Position numbers and translations under genes: made by a program. Shown piece by piece: positions 53,226-63,139 of a DNA stretch of 64,000 bases (the first letter of the stretch is position 1; every line of letters begins with the position of its first letter). The stretch spans positions 59,602-123,601 of the forward strand of contig CAZAJO010000001.1 in NCBI GenBank assembly GCA_964485575.1, written 5' to 3'. The notes beneath the pieces are model-generated. The model had not been told where the DNA came from. It made no database searches and saw only the letters and a program-made list of their open reading frames with translations. Origin of the DNA: an uncultured Gammaproteobacteria bacterium. Its GTDB lineage: Bacteria; Patescibacteriota; Microgenomatia; Levybacterales; GWA1-39-11.

Positions 53226-53306
53226 ATTTTTTGAGGCTTCTTTTCTTGTAATTGGTCTTTATCCATGTTAGAATAACCAAGTTCCGAATACAATACATTT
53301 AAATTT

Positions 53307-53633
53307 ATGCCAGTAATTAAATCAGCAATTAAAAAATTACGACAAGATAAAAAAAGAGAGAAAGCAAATGATGCTCTTCGCGATTCTCTAAAAAATGCGG
53401 TGAGAAGCGCTAAAAAGACAAAAACAGGAAAGTCTGTTGCCAAAGCAGTTGCTATTATAGATAAAGCAGCAAAGCAAGGTATTGTTCATAATAATAAAGC
53501 GTCTCGCCTCAAATCTTCACTAAACAAACTTGCAAAACCAGTATCTGTTAAAAAAGTAGACGTAAAGGAGACTAAGACCGTTAAAAAAGCCGCTCCTAAG
53601 AAAAAAATAGCACCTAAAAAATCTTCTAAGTAA
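53307..53633 (+). CDS. rpsT: 30S ribosomal protein S20 with Lys-rich C-terminal extension
   Basis: MPVIKSAIKKLRQ and IDKAAKQGIVHNNKASRLKS. Confidence 0.96.
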   Translation: MPVIKSAIKKLRQDKKREKANDALRDSLKNAVRSAKKTKTGKSVAKAVAIIDKAAKQGIVHNNKASRLKSSLNKLAKPVSVKKVDVKETKTVKKAAPKKKIAPKKSSK

Positions 53634-53668
53634 CTTCAGATCTAGCCTCATATTTTCCGTTTTTTGCT

Positions 53669-53697
53669 TTGACATTCCCTCATAAAAACTCTACACT
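53669..53697 (+). promoter_or_regulatory. sigma70-type promoter of the pilN-like operon
   Basis: TTGACA-17 nt-TACACT. Confidence 0.6.
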
Positions 53698-53734
53698 GAG
53701 ATAAGTACCAGTGCAATTTACTGGCTTATTAGCT

Positions 53735-54310
53735 ATGGCAAAAAAAGCTGCTCCAAAAATAAATATCAACCTTAGCTCTGCGGGTAAAGCGACAGTCGGA
53801 AAAGTCGTTTATGGGTGGACTATTGATGCCGGACGCGCAATAATTGTTGGGATTGAGCTGATTGCACTAGCTGCCCTTGGATACCGCTTTGTTATTGATA
53901 GACAGATAGTGGATCTACATGATCAGATAAAAACACAGGAGGTCTATATTGCGGCACAAGCAAGTGATGAAAAAAAGTTCAGAAGCATACAAGAACGTCT
54001 CAAAAACATAAAAATTACAAATGAACAGACTGCGGCCAAAGTTCAGATCATGAATGAGATCCTAAAAGTAATATCCTCGGGAACATTTTTTGCCACTAAT
54101 CTATCTATCAATAACAATAGTATTCTCGTTGATGGAAGTACTTTTTCTATATATACGCTCACCGATTTTCTTAACAATCTAAAGAAATTTCCATCAGTCT
54201 CTGCCATCTCTATCGATGAGATCAACACGGCTGATGAGGGTGTAAGATTTAAAACACGTATTGATATTAAAGACATAGCGCCAACACCAAAACAATCTAA
54301 AAGTAAATAA
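53735..54310 (+). CDS. pilN: PilN-like pilus alignment protein
   Basis: N-terminal ININL motif, single TM, coiled coil and ferredoxin-like C-terminal domain. Confidence 0.75.
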   Translation: MAKKAAPKININLSSAGKATVGKVVYGWTIDAGRAIIVGIELIALAALGYRFVIDRQIVDLHDQIKTQEVYIAAQASDEKKFRSIQERLKNIKITNEQTAAKVQIMNEILKVISSGTFFATNLSINNNSILVDGSTFSIYTLTDFLNNLKKFPSVSAISIDEINTADEGVRFKTRIDIKDIAPTPKQSKSK

Positions 54311-54311
54311 T

Positions 54312-54935
54312 ATGTTTAAAGACAAAGACAAAATAAAAGCTGAGATAAAAGGCCTCATAGACAAAGGTAATGCGATGCTAAATGCCAGTCAGAATAAACA
54401 GCGAGTGACTGCATACCTTTATATTATTTTTTCTCTGTTTGCACTCTCTTTCTTTGGTATTTTTGCTATCGGACCTACCATTACAACAATCTCAAATCTC
54501 AACAAACAACTTGGAGAAGACAAATCTGCACTAAAGCAGCTTCAGGATAAAAATGCTGCTCTAAAATCGCTAAGCGCTTCTTATCTCGAGATCGAGCCTC
54601 AGCTTGATTTGATCGAAAATGCGATTCCCCAAAACTCAAAAGTTGCAGACATCTCAAGACAACTTGAGTTATTGACAATCAAACATAATCTAATCGTTCA
54701 AAAATTAGATAGTGGACTAATGGAATTATATCCAGCAAAAAATGCGAATAGCCCAATATTTTCTTTTTTGTTCTCTGTGGGGGTTAGCGGCAAGGAGCAG
54801 GATATCAATTCCTTCATCGGAGATCTAATCAATATGGGTAGAATTATTGGTATTGAAAAACTTACGACAGGAAAACAACAAAATAATCTCTTTTCAGCAT
54901 CAATAACCGGTCGTGCCTTTTTCTATCGTGAGTGA
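54312..54935 (+). CDS. pilO: PilO-like pilus alignment protein
   Basis: TM (FGIFAIGPT), coiled coil, AIP, and FIGDLINMGRIIGIE. Confidence 0.8.
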   Translation: MFKDKDKIKAEIKGLIDKGNAMLNASQNKQRVTAYLYIIFSLFALSFFGIFAIGPTITTISNLNKQLGEDKSALKQLQDKNAALKSLSASYLEIEPQLDLIENAIPQNSKVADISRQLELLTIKHNLIVQKLDSGLMELYPAKNANSPIFSFLFSVGVSGKEQDINSFIGDLINMGRIIGIEKLTTGKQQNNLFSASITGRAFFYRE

Positions 54936-55333
54936 ATACGTTCACGAATGATACGAGTGAGAAAAACGAACGAAGTATAAAGAATAACTTAAAATATATG
55001 TTAAAAAATCTATTACTACTAGCAGGTTTCAGCACATTTGTAGTCATCGTAATCATTGGGCTAAATATATTTCATGACCATGAAGTCTCTTCTTTGCCAT
55101 CTGCTACTCAAATTCATGTGACTGCCATCACCCCTAATTTTGATATTAAAACCCTAGAAGGTTTGAAAAAGAGATCTGCGGTCTCAGTAAGTCTCCAAGA
55201 AAAAAGCTCTGTTGTTTCTGAGGATTCAAAACAAACAACACTTCCAACACCCACAATTAGCCTGACTCCTGGTTCTGCAACTAAAAGTGCTGTTCCTGTG
55301 ACATCAGTTACCCCTTCAGTACTACAACCATAA
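54932..55333 (+). CDS. Single-pass membrane protein at the pilP position, with TP tail
   Basis: GTGA overlap with pilO; one TM; ITPNFDIKTLEGLKKR. Confidence 0.65.
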   Translation: MNTFTNDTSEKNERSIKNNLKYMLKNLLLLAGFSTFVVIVIIGLNIFHDHEVSSLPSATQIHVTAITPNFDIKTLEGLKKRSAVSVSLQEKSSVVSEDSKQTTLPTPTISLTPGSATKSAVPVTSVTPSVLQP

Positions 55334-55336
55334 TAT

Positions 55337-56770
55337 ATGAAAAAAGGCTTATTTAACAAAAGGATCCCAACGATGGTTGCCCTTATTATCCTGGTAGCAG
55401 TTATTGGAATCTCAACATATTTGATTCAAAAAGGTGTTTTCTATGTTGGAAAAGCAGCACCAGATACACAACCACAAAACTTATCCATAAATAACGTCAC
55501 TGATACTTCATTTACTGTTGTCTTTACTACAGCTGGTCTTACTGATTCTGTTCTTAGCATGAATGACGCGAATATCGGTAATTCAATAACTTTCGATGAC
55601 CGGGATAAAAAGACTGGAACACATAATAAATATTACTCTCATCATATTACTGTTCCGAATTTATCTCCCAACTCATCGTACACATTTAAATTAATTGTCG
55701 GAGGAAAGGAATATCTCAGTAGTGCTTATTCTGTCAAAACAGGAGGGCAAATAGATACTTCACCACCGGCACAAAATCCAATCTTCGGAAAAGTTATTCT
55801 TCCCGATGGAACACCTGGTTCCGACTCGATTGTAGTTGTCAAAACTGCTGGGGCTGGTCAGGCATCAGCTATAACTGATGCAAAAGGTGAATTCATAATT
55901 CCAACTAACTCTATCCGAGACATAAAAGGACTTGCCTACATACTGCTTGTTGACGATTCAGCAATCACAATAACCGCGTACAGGCAGTTGATGAGCGCAA
56001 CCGTCTCAACGAATTTTAAAGTTGCACAAAATCTCCCGCCAATAACATTACTACAACAATACGTATTTACCCAAGGGGAAGAAGAGACATCAACCATGAG
56101 CTCCCAACTCAATATCGCTTTACCTAAATCCAGTACAAAAACCGTCGATATAACTAGTCCAAAACAAGGGGAGTCTTTTGTCGATTTACGTCCTGAGTTC
56201 ACAGGCACCTCTTACCCCAACAGCAATGTTTCCCTTTCCATCCCTGGCCTATTACAACAAAAAATAATTGCAAATTCTGATGGCACCTGGGCATTTAAAT
56301 CCATAAACAATCTTCCGCAAGGAAAACTCACAATCACTGCCACTGGCACTGATCAGGATGGAAATAAAACTTCTGCTACAAGAACGTTTAGTATTTTCCA
56401 GCAGGGATCTCAAATAGCTGAGAGTGCAACCCCTTCTGCAAAGCCGACGATAAAACCTACGGCTACTCCCACTCCACGGGCAACAGCAACACCTACGTCA
56501 ACTCCTACACCGACACCAACTCAACCTGCAACTGTAACTCCTACCCCTTCAGGTATTTCCATAACACCAACAGCATCTCTCACACCTACTCCTTCACCAA
56601 TTCCCACACTAACTCCGACAGCAACTCCAACCCCATTGCCGACCATCTTTGCTACACCAACTAAGCTTCCCCCTATAGCAAGCCCTGGAGGAACCGAAAA
56701 TACGATTATGCTTACCGCATTTTCTATTATTCTTATCGTCGTTGGAACAGCTTTACTTTTTGCCCTTTAA
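55337..56770 (+). CDS. Surface protein: N-terminal TM, fibronectin-III/PAP-N domain, Ig-like domain, long TP repeat, C-terminal TM
   Basis: NVTDTSFTVVFTT...HHITVPNLSPNSSYTF; RPEFTGTSYPN...DGTW; about 80 aa of TP repeats; ends PGG + TM. Confidence 0.85.
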   Translation: MKKGLFNKRIPTMVALIILVAVIGISTYLIQKGVFYVGKAAPDTQPQNLSINNVTDTSFTVVFTTAGLTDSVLSMNDANIGNSITFDDRDKKTGTHNKYYSHHITVPNLSPNSSYTFKLIVGGKEYLSSAYSVKTGGQIDTSPPAQNPIFGKVILPDGTPGSDSIVVVKTAGAGQASAITDAKGEFIIPTNSIRDIKGLAYILLVDDSAITITAYRQLMSATVSTNFKVAQNLPPITLLQQYVFTQGEEETSTMSSQLNIALPKSSTKTVDITSPKQGESFVDLRPEFTGTSYPNSNVSLSIPGLLQQKIIANSDGTWAFKSINNLPQGKLTITATGTDQDGNKTSATRTFSIFQQGSQIAESATPSAKPTIKPTATPTPRATATPTSTPTPTPTQPATVTPTPSGISITPTASLTPTPSPIPTLTPTATPTPLPTIFATPTKLPPIASPGGTENTIMLTAFSIILIVVGTALLFAL

Positions 56771-56819
56771 ATTTAAAGGTGCTTGTGTTATCAAGGTTTA
56801 TTAATTAATATTTGAAAAT

Positions 56820-58106
56820 ATGAAAATTGGAATTATCGGTGCTGGATTTAGCGGACTTGCAGCTGCATATTATCTACAAAAAAAGGGTCACTCCGTAGTT
56901 CTTTTCGAAAGAGATGAAAAACCCGGTGGACTAGCAATTGGATACAAAGAAGACGCATGGAATTGGACGCTTGAACAGCACTATCACCACTGGTTCACTA
57001 ATGATAAATTTATTCTTAATTTGGCACGTGAGATAGATCACAAAGTAATTATTAAACGTCCTAAAACAAGCTCTTTTGTCGAAGATAAAATCTTTCAACT
57101 TGACTCACCTCTTTCATTATTGAAATTTCCGAAACTTACACTTATTGCTAGACTTCGCATGGGTTTGTCACTGGCGGTTCTTCGCTATAATCCCTTCTGG
57201 AAACCCCTAGAAAAAGTGAAAGCTGAGCCATTCCTTAGGAAAATGATGGGAAAAACTGGATATCAAAAACTGTGGGAACCGCTGATGGTAAACAAACTTG
57301 GCAAATATTCATCGATTGTTTCGTTAGCTTGGTTTTGGGCAAGAGTTTATAAAAGGACACCAAGACTTGCGTATCCTGAAGGTGGCTTCTTGAAATTTGC
57401 TACCCATTTGGAAAATGTCATAAAACAAAAGGGAGGAGAATTTCATTACGGGACAGAAGTTTCCCAGCTAACAGTCGGTACCAAACCTTTAGTAAAATTC
57501 AAAAAGATCAATGGCACTAAAACCGAGAGTGAGACATTTGATGCAGTCATTGTTACAATCCCTTCTCCTCTTTTCATACGGATCACTCCACAATTGCCAA
57601 AAACGTACATTAAAAAATTACAAAAACTAAAAGGTATCGGCGCAATCAATCTAATACTTCGGTTGAAGGACTCTTTTTTCATGGATGGTACTTACTGGCT
57701 TAGTATGTGTGATTTAAAATCACCAATTCTTGCCATCGTTGAACATACCAATTTCATGCACAAAAAAAATTACAACAATGAGCACTTGGTGTATATCGGG
57801 AATTATATGGAAACTACCGATCCCCGTTTTTCCATGACTGAGAAAGAATTGCTAACACTATATGAACCATGGCTGAAAAAGATCAACCCAAATTACAAAA
57901 GGCAAATCTTAAACTACAAACTTTTCCGTGCACCATTTGCACAACCAATTATTCCTGTTAATTATTCAAAGGCTATTCCCCCTTTTGCAACTCCACTCAA
58001 GAACGTGTACCTAGCCAATATTCAACAAGTATATCCGTGGGATAGGGGAACTAATTATGCAGTCGAACTGGGTAAAAAGGTGACAGACTTTATCTCCCAC
58101 CCATGA
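56820..58106 (+). CDS. FAD-dependent oxidoreductase (amine oxidase/protoporphyrinogen oxidase-like) in a glycosylation cluster
   Basis: IGIIGAGFSGLAAA, ERDEKPGGLA, EQHYHH and YPWDRGTNYAV. Confidence 0.88.
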   Translation: MKIGIIGAGFSGLAAAYYLQKKGHSVVLFERDEKPGGLAIGYKEDAWNWTLEQHYHHWFTNDKFILNLAREIDHKVIIKRPKTSSFVEDKIFQLDSPLSLLKFPKLTLIARLRMGLSLAVLRYNPFWKPLEKVKAEPFLRKMMGKTGYQKLWEPLMVNKLGKYSSIVSLAWFWARVYKRTPRLAYPEGGFLKFATHLENVIKQKGGEFHYGTEVSQLTVGTKPLVKFKKINGTKTESETFDAVIVTIPSPLFIRITPQLPKTYIKKLQKLKGIGAINLILRLKDSFFMDGTYWLSMCDLKSPILAIVEHTNFMHKKNYNNEHLVYIGNYMETTDPRFSMTEKELLTLYEPWLKKINPNYKRQILNYKLFRAPFAQPIIPVNYSKAIPPFATPLKNVYLANIQQVYPWDRGTNYAVELGKKVTDFISHP

Positions 58107-59740
58107 CAACTCTAATTAAGATCTACTCAAAAAATCAAAAGATATTTTTTTTTGTAATACTTTTTATCGGGGTCCTATTGCGATTTTACAATTTGAATTG
58201 GGGAGCTCCATTCTATTTCCATCCTGACGAAAGACAAAATATTGCTTACCCAATTCAGGAATCTAAATCTTTGCTTTTAAGGGATCAGAAAAATTTTGAC
58301 ATAAATCCATTTCCTCTTATAGTCATTAAAAATACACATTCAATGATTTCTATGATATCAGGAAAAGTTACTAATCCAATTGAAAGCATAATAATGATAT
58401 CCAGATTCTACAGTGCTTTATTTTCAATTGTCATAAGCGTGCTCCTTTTTATTATTGGAAAAAGAATATGGAATTACACAGCAGGAATACTCGCATTCAC
58501 ACTAAGTATCTTTAGCACCGGACTCATACAATATGGTCACTTCGGTACCATTGAGATGTGGGAAGGAATGATATTGTTACTCATATTTTTTATAGGAGCC
58601 GAAATTTTAAAAACGAAAAGAATTTTTTATTTTCTTCTTCTGAGTGTCGTATTTGGGATAGGTATTGCAACAAAATTTCTAATATTAGCAGCAGCTCCAA
58701 TTGTGATAATACCATTTGTGCCATTGTTTTTTACTATTATTAAGAAAAGAGATAAAAAAAGCATTATCAAACTGTTCCGCGCTCTTTATCTTTTTACAAT
58801 AGGTTTTATATCAACTATCCTAGTTTTTTTTCCACAACTATTTCTTAATTTCAAACAAATTGAGGACAGTCTCAAATTTGAATCAACAGTAGCTACAGGA
58901 AAATTACCAGTCTTTTTTACTCAAGGTTTTACCAATACTACTCCTCTTGTATACCAGATAGAAAAAGTGCTACCTTTTCTCATAAATCCTGCGTTGCTCC
59001 TTTTAAGTTTTTATGGAATTGTTTACCTTTCATACAAGACAATAAGGGTAAAGGATGCATATCTCTTATTATTACTTCTTAGTTTTTTAATTCCATTCGT
59101 TTCTACGTCGCTGCTTTATGTTAAGTGGACAAGATATATGATTCCTGTCATTCCCTTTCTATATATCATCTGTTCAGTTTTTCTCCTTGACGCTCTAAAG
59201 AATATAAAAAACTTAGAAAAAAGAGTTGTGTTGTTAGTTATACCAATAGGGTTATCTATTCTATTTTCTATAAGCTTTTTCATTACTGTCTATTTGTCGC
59301 CTCACTCTGCAGTCAGCGCGAGTTCCTGGTTTCAAAATCATTATAAAAATGCAAAAAATGTAGTGAGTGAAAGCTACGATATTGGAATCACTCCCTTTAA
59401 CCCCTTAGCTAGGGTGATAAATTTCATTGATTTTTATAATATAGATACAGATGACAGGGTGAATGAGATGCTTGAGTCGAAGCTATCAACATCAGAATTT
59501 ATCATTCTCCCGAGTCAGAGAGTCCTCAAATCAAGAATGAACAATCCAACTGTTTTTCCACGCGGGTTTACTTTTTATAATAACCTACTCAATAACGAAG
59601 GAGATTTTAAATTAGTATACAAAACAGCATGTAACATTGTGTGTCAGATTGCATATATTGGTGATCCAATTTTTGACAATGAAGAAACGATAACAGTTTT
59701 TGACAGACCAATTGTTTTTATTTTCAAAAGAACAAAATGA
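58103..59740 (+). CDS. GT-C glycosyltransferase (PMT/GT39-like)
   Basis: LRFYNLNWG...FHPDER, multi-TM, RYMIP. Confidence 0.85.
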   Translation: MTTLIKIYSKNQKIFFFVILFIGVLLRFYNLNWGAPFYFHPDERQNIAYPIQESKSLLLRDQKNFDINPFPLIVIKNTHSMISMISGKVTNPIESIIMISRFYSALFSIVISVLLFIIGKRIWNYTAGILAFTLSIFSTGLIQYGHFGTIEMWEGMILLLIFFIGAEILKTKRIFYFLLLSVVFGIGIATKFLILAAAPIVIIPFVPLFFTIIKKRDKKSIIKLFRALYLFTIGFISTILVFFPQLFLNFKQIEDSLKFESTVATGKLPVFFTQGFTNTTPLVYQIEKVLPFLINPALLLLSFYGIVYLSYKTIRVKDAYLLLLLLSFLIPFVSTSLLYVKWTRYMIPVIPFLYIICSVFLLDALKNIKNLEKRVVLLVIPIGLSILFSISFFITVYLSPHSAVSASSWFQNHYKNAKNVVSESYDIGITPFNPLARVINFIDFYNIDTDDRVNEMLESKLSTSEFIILPSQRVLKSRMNNPTVFPRGFTFYNNLLNNEGDFKLVYKTACNIVCQIAYIGDPIFDNEETITVFDRPIVFIFKRTK

Positions 59741-59741
59741 C

Positions 59742-61433
59742 ATGATCAATATAGTTAAAAAAATCAGAAAATATTATAGATATGAAGCATATCTTCTCAT
59801 AATCATTTGTGTTGCCTTCTATTTAAGGACTTTTAATATCAACTGGGACGATGGCTACTATTTTCATCCAGACGAAAGAGCGCTTATTATGACGTCGCTA
59901 CCTGTTCAGTTTCCCTCAAGCTTAAGCACTATTTTCTCCGCAGAAAGCAGTCTTAATCCACATTTTTTTGCCTACGGTTCCTTTCCGATTTATCTTCTTA
60001 AAATATGCGCTGAGGTATTTAGTAACATTAACCCCATACTTAAAGTCTACGGAGGAATACATATAGTTGGAAGGCTTATTTCAGCGAGCTTTGATACCGC
60101 AACAGTTTTTGTCATTTACTTAATTTGCAAGAGAATTTTTTCAAAAAAAGTGGGGATCTTATCCTCTTTATTGTATGCCTTTTCAGTGCTTCCAATTCAA
60201 CTTTCACATTTTTTCGCGGTTGATACAATTCTTACTTTTTTCATGACCTTAACTATATTTCGACTTCTTGTATTTAATAAAAAACCGACGACAATGAATT
60301 CTGTTCTATCGGGGGTATCCTTTGGGCTTTCACTTTCAACAAAGTTTAGTGCACTTATACTAATCCCAATTATATTTATTACCTTTATCCACGTTTTTTT
60401 TCAAAAGAGAAAAAAAATTAAAATTAAAAAATCAAATACCATAGATAAAGCATTGATATTTATATTATTATCAATCGTCAGCTTTCTCTTTACTCAACCA
60501 TACGCTTTGATTGACTTTAGGGAGTTTTCTCAACAGACATCAGCGCAAACACAGATGTCAAATAATGCTTTTATATTTCCGTATACCTTACAATACGTTG
60601 GAAAAATTCCATATTTGTATGAACTAAAAAATATTTTCCTTTGGGGACTCGGACCAATTATCGCCTTGTTCTGCATTTTAGGAATTGTATTTATCACAAT
60701 TAATAATGGTAAGAAAATTTTAACTCTTTTGCCTTTTGTTTATGTGGTTGTATATTTTTTCGTATTTGGGAGATTCGCTGTAGGATTTATTCGATATATG
60801 CTTCCTATTTATCCTATACTTACAATTTTTGGTGGCTGGTTTCTATCAGAAATTGTTATTAAATACGTTCCAAAAAAATATATTAAAAATTACTTTACAA
60901 ACAAATTCACAATCCTTTTCTTTGTATTTATTATTTCAATTTATCCGATTTCATTTCTTTCTATTTATCTACGCCCAAATACCAGAATTCAAGCGTCTGA
61001 CTGGATCAATAAAAATATTCCACAGGGCAGTAAGATTGCTGTCGAGCACTGGGATGACTCCTTACCAGTATATGGAATGCAAAATTACACACAAATTACG
61101 CTACCTCTATACGATCCTGATACGAAAGAGAAGTGGAAGAGTATAGAATCGACTTTAAGAGTAACAGATTACATAATTATTGCTTCTGGACGTCTATACC
61201 TACCCTTACAAAAACTTACTGACTGTAAAAATTTGCCCTCCAACAGATGCTATCCCCTTACAGCTTCCTACTATAAAGATCTTTTCTCAGGAAAACTTGG
61301 TTTTATAAAAATAAAAGAATTTAAGTCGGAACCAACTATCCCACTTATTAACATTGGAATTAATGATATTTCAGCTGACGAGAATTTCACGGTGTTTGAT
61401 CACCCGAAAATAATGATCTTTAAAAAAGAATAA
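59742..61433 (+). CDS. GT-C glycosyltransferase (PMT/GT39-like), paralog of the upstream gene
   Basis: LRTFNINWD...FHPDER, LNPHFFAYGSFP, SHFFAVD, RYMLP and EHWDD. Confidence 0.87.
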   Translation: MINIVKKIRKYYRYEAYLLIIICVAFYLRTFNINWDDGYYFHPDERALIMTSLPVQFPSSLSTIFSAESSLNPHFFAYGSFPIYLLKICAEVFSNINPILKVYGGIHIVGRLISASFDTATVFVIYLICKRIFSKKVGILSSLLYAFSVLPIQLSHFFAVDTILTFFMTLTIFRLLVFNKKPTTMNSVLSGVSFGLSLSTKFSALILIPIIFITFIHVFFQKRKKIKIKKSNTIDKALIFILLSIVSFLFTQPYALIDFREFSQQTSAQTQMSNNAFIFPYTLQYVGKIPYLYELKNIFLWGLGPIIALFCILGIVFITINNGKKILTLLPFVYVVVYFFVFGRFAVGFIRYMLPIYPILTIFGGWFLSEIVIKYVPKKYIKNYFTNKFTILFFVFIISIYPISFLSIYLRPNTRIQASDWINKNIPQGSKIAVEHWDDSLPVYGMQNYTQITLPLYDPDTKEKWKSIESTLRVTDYIIIASGRLYLPLQKLTDCKNLPSNRCYPLTASYYKDLFSGKLGFIKIKEFKSEPTIPLINIGINDISADENFTVFDHPKIMIFKKE

Positions 61434-61497
61434 CCCTTATTGAAAATGAGGTTGTTATTCTGTATAGTTGATGCTTGTTGGATAACGTAAATTAATA

Positions 61498-62553
61498 ATG
61501 AAGAAGTCATTACAACAAACTGTTCTTATCACCGGCGGCACCGGTTTTTTAGGAGTGCACCTTGCCCGTTTTTTAGTAAAGAAAAAATACAAAGTCATTC
61601 TTCTTGATACAGCTGATCAAACAGCAAAAGATCTTGTTGGAAAGGTAACTGTTATTAACGCAGATATACGCGATTTAAAAAAGATAGAGTCTTCATTTAA
61701 AGATGTTGACTACGTTGTTCATGCTGCAGCAGCTCTACCTATACATCATGATAAAAATTATATTTTTGATGTAAATGTGAATGGAACAAGGAATGTACTG
61801 AAGGCTTCACTAAAATATAAGATAAAAAAAGTTGTATTTATCTCAACAACCGCAATGTATGGAGTTCCACGAACACTCCCAGAAAAAGAGACAGATAAAA
61901 TTTATCCGATCGGCTACTACGGAGAGTCAAAAGCTGCCGCTGAAAAATTGTGTCGCGAATTTGTAAAAAAAGGGCTACATACAAATATTCTGCGCCCAAA
62001 GTCATTTCTAGGTCCTGAAAGACTTGGGGTTTTCACCATCTGGTTCGAAGCTATATTCCAGAACAGACCTGTTTTTATTCTTGGAAAAGGGAATAATCTC
62101 TATCAACTACTCGAAGTCGTTGATCTATGCTCGGCAATTGAAAGCGCTTTGTTGGTGTCAAAATCGGGAGAAACCTACAACGTAGGGGCCCAAGAATTCG
62201 GAACGTGGCAAGAAGATCTTGGTGCTCTGATAAAGCATGCGAGGTCTAAATCAAAAATAATTTGCTTGCCAGTAAAACCTACACAAATTGCCCTTTCAGT
62301 ACTTGAAACCTTCAATCTCTCACCTATCATTGCATGGCACTATTTAACTTTTCCAGTCGATTCATATGTAAGTATAGAAAAGGCAAAAAAACAGCTGAAA
62401 TTTCTTCCGACAAAAAGTAATCAAGACATTTTGACTGAAACATATGACTGGTACAAAACTCACCGTAAAGAATTTATAGGGAAAGAAGGCAAAACACACC
62501 GAACGATATGGAACTTTAAACTAGTAGACTTAGCGCAAAAATTTTTCAGATAA
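61498..62553 (+). CDS. NAD-dependent epimerase/dehydratase (extended SDR)
   Basis: ITGGTGFLG, HAAA and YGESK (YxxxK). Promoter TTGAAA-17-TATAGT upstream. Confidence 0.92.
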   Translation: MKKSLQQTVLITGGTGFLGVHLARFLVKKKYKVILLDTADQTAKDLVGKVTVINADIRDLKKIESSFKDVDYVVHAAAALPIHHDKNYIFDVNVNGTRNVLKASLKYKIKKVVFISTTAMYGVPRTLPEKETDKIYPIGYYGESKAAAEKLCREFVKKGLHTNILRPKSFLGPERLGVFTIWFEAIFQNRPVFILGKGNNLYQLLEVVDLCSAIESALLVSKSGETYNVGAQEFGTWQEDLGALIKHARSKSKIICLPVKPTQIALSVLETFNLSPIIAWHYLTFPVDSYVSIEKAKKQLKFLPTKSNQDILTETYDWYKTHRKEFIGKEGKTHRTIWNFKLVDLAQKFFR

Positions 62554-62554
62554 T

Positions 62555-63139
62555 ATGATCATTGGATTTGACTTTGATAAGGTATTTATTGATTACCCAC
62601 CACTTATTCCTTATGCGTTAGTTGACTTCCTATATAAAGGTGCTGTGGTTTTCAAGAAAAATAAATCAAAAAGTCAAAAAATTCACTATCGATATCCTGG
62701 AAAAATTGAGCAGATGATCAGGATTGTATCCCATTATTATATATTTAGACGACCCATCACAGAGAATATTAAATACCTCAAGAAAATTTCCGAGAAGAAA
62801 AATAATAAGACATATCTAGTATCTAGTCGCTTCTCATTTCTTAAGAAAAGAACTGAAGCAATTCTTAAGAAGTATGATTTGGATAAGTACTTTGATGGTA
62901 TTTATTTCAACTTTGAAGATAAGCAGCCGCATTTATTCAAAGAGCAAACAATCAAAAATCTTAAGATAGATACCTACATCGATGATGACCTAGATCTTTC
63001 ACTATATCTCGCTCAGAAAATGCCTACTCTTACTATATATTGGGTCCGGGATGGTAGAAAAAAAGAGGGCAACCTTCCAAAAAATGTTATCGCCATTAAA
63101 GACTTAAAAGAACTATATAGTGGTCTTTTCAAAAAATGA
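62555..63139 (+). CDS. HAD-superfamily hydrolase
   Basis: IIGFDFDKVF (DxD), VSSR, K, and YIDDD. Confidence 0.8.
   Translation: MIIGFDFDKVFIDYPPLIPYALVDFLYKGAVVFKKNKSKSQKIHYRYPGKIEQMIRIVSHYYIFRRPITENIKYLKKISEKKNNKTYLVSSRFSFLKKRTEAILKKYDLDKYFDGIYFNFEDKQPHLFKEQTIKNLKIDTYIDDDLDLSLYLAQKMPTLTIYWVRDGRKKEGNLPKNVIAIKDLKELYSGLFKK

Noticed and set aside
56420-56670. Thr-Pro repeats as a CRISPR array or tandem DNA repeat
   Set aside because: Repetition is at the amino-acid level with varied codons; there are no identical repeats with spacers and no cas genes.
56764-56779. 16-bp palindrome CCTTTAAATTTAAAGG
   Set aside because: AT-rich, at a gene end with no U-tract; may be a weak terminator or chance.
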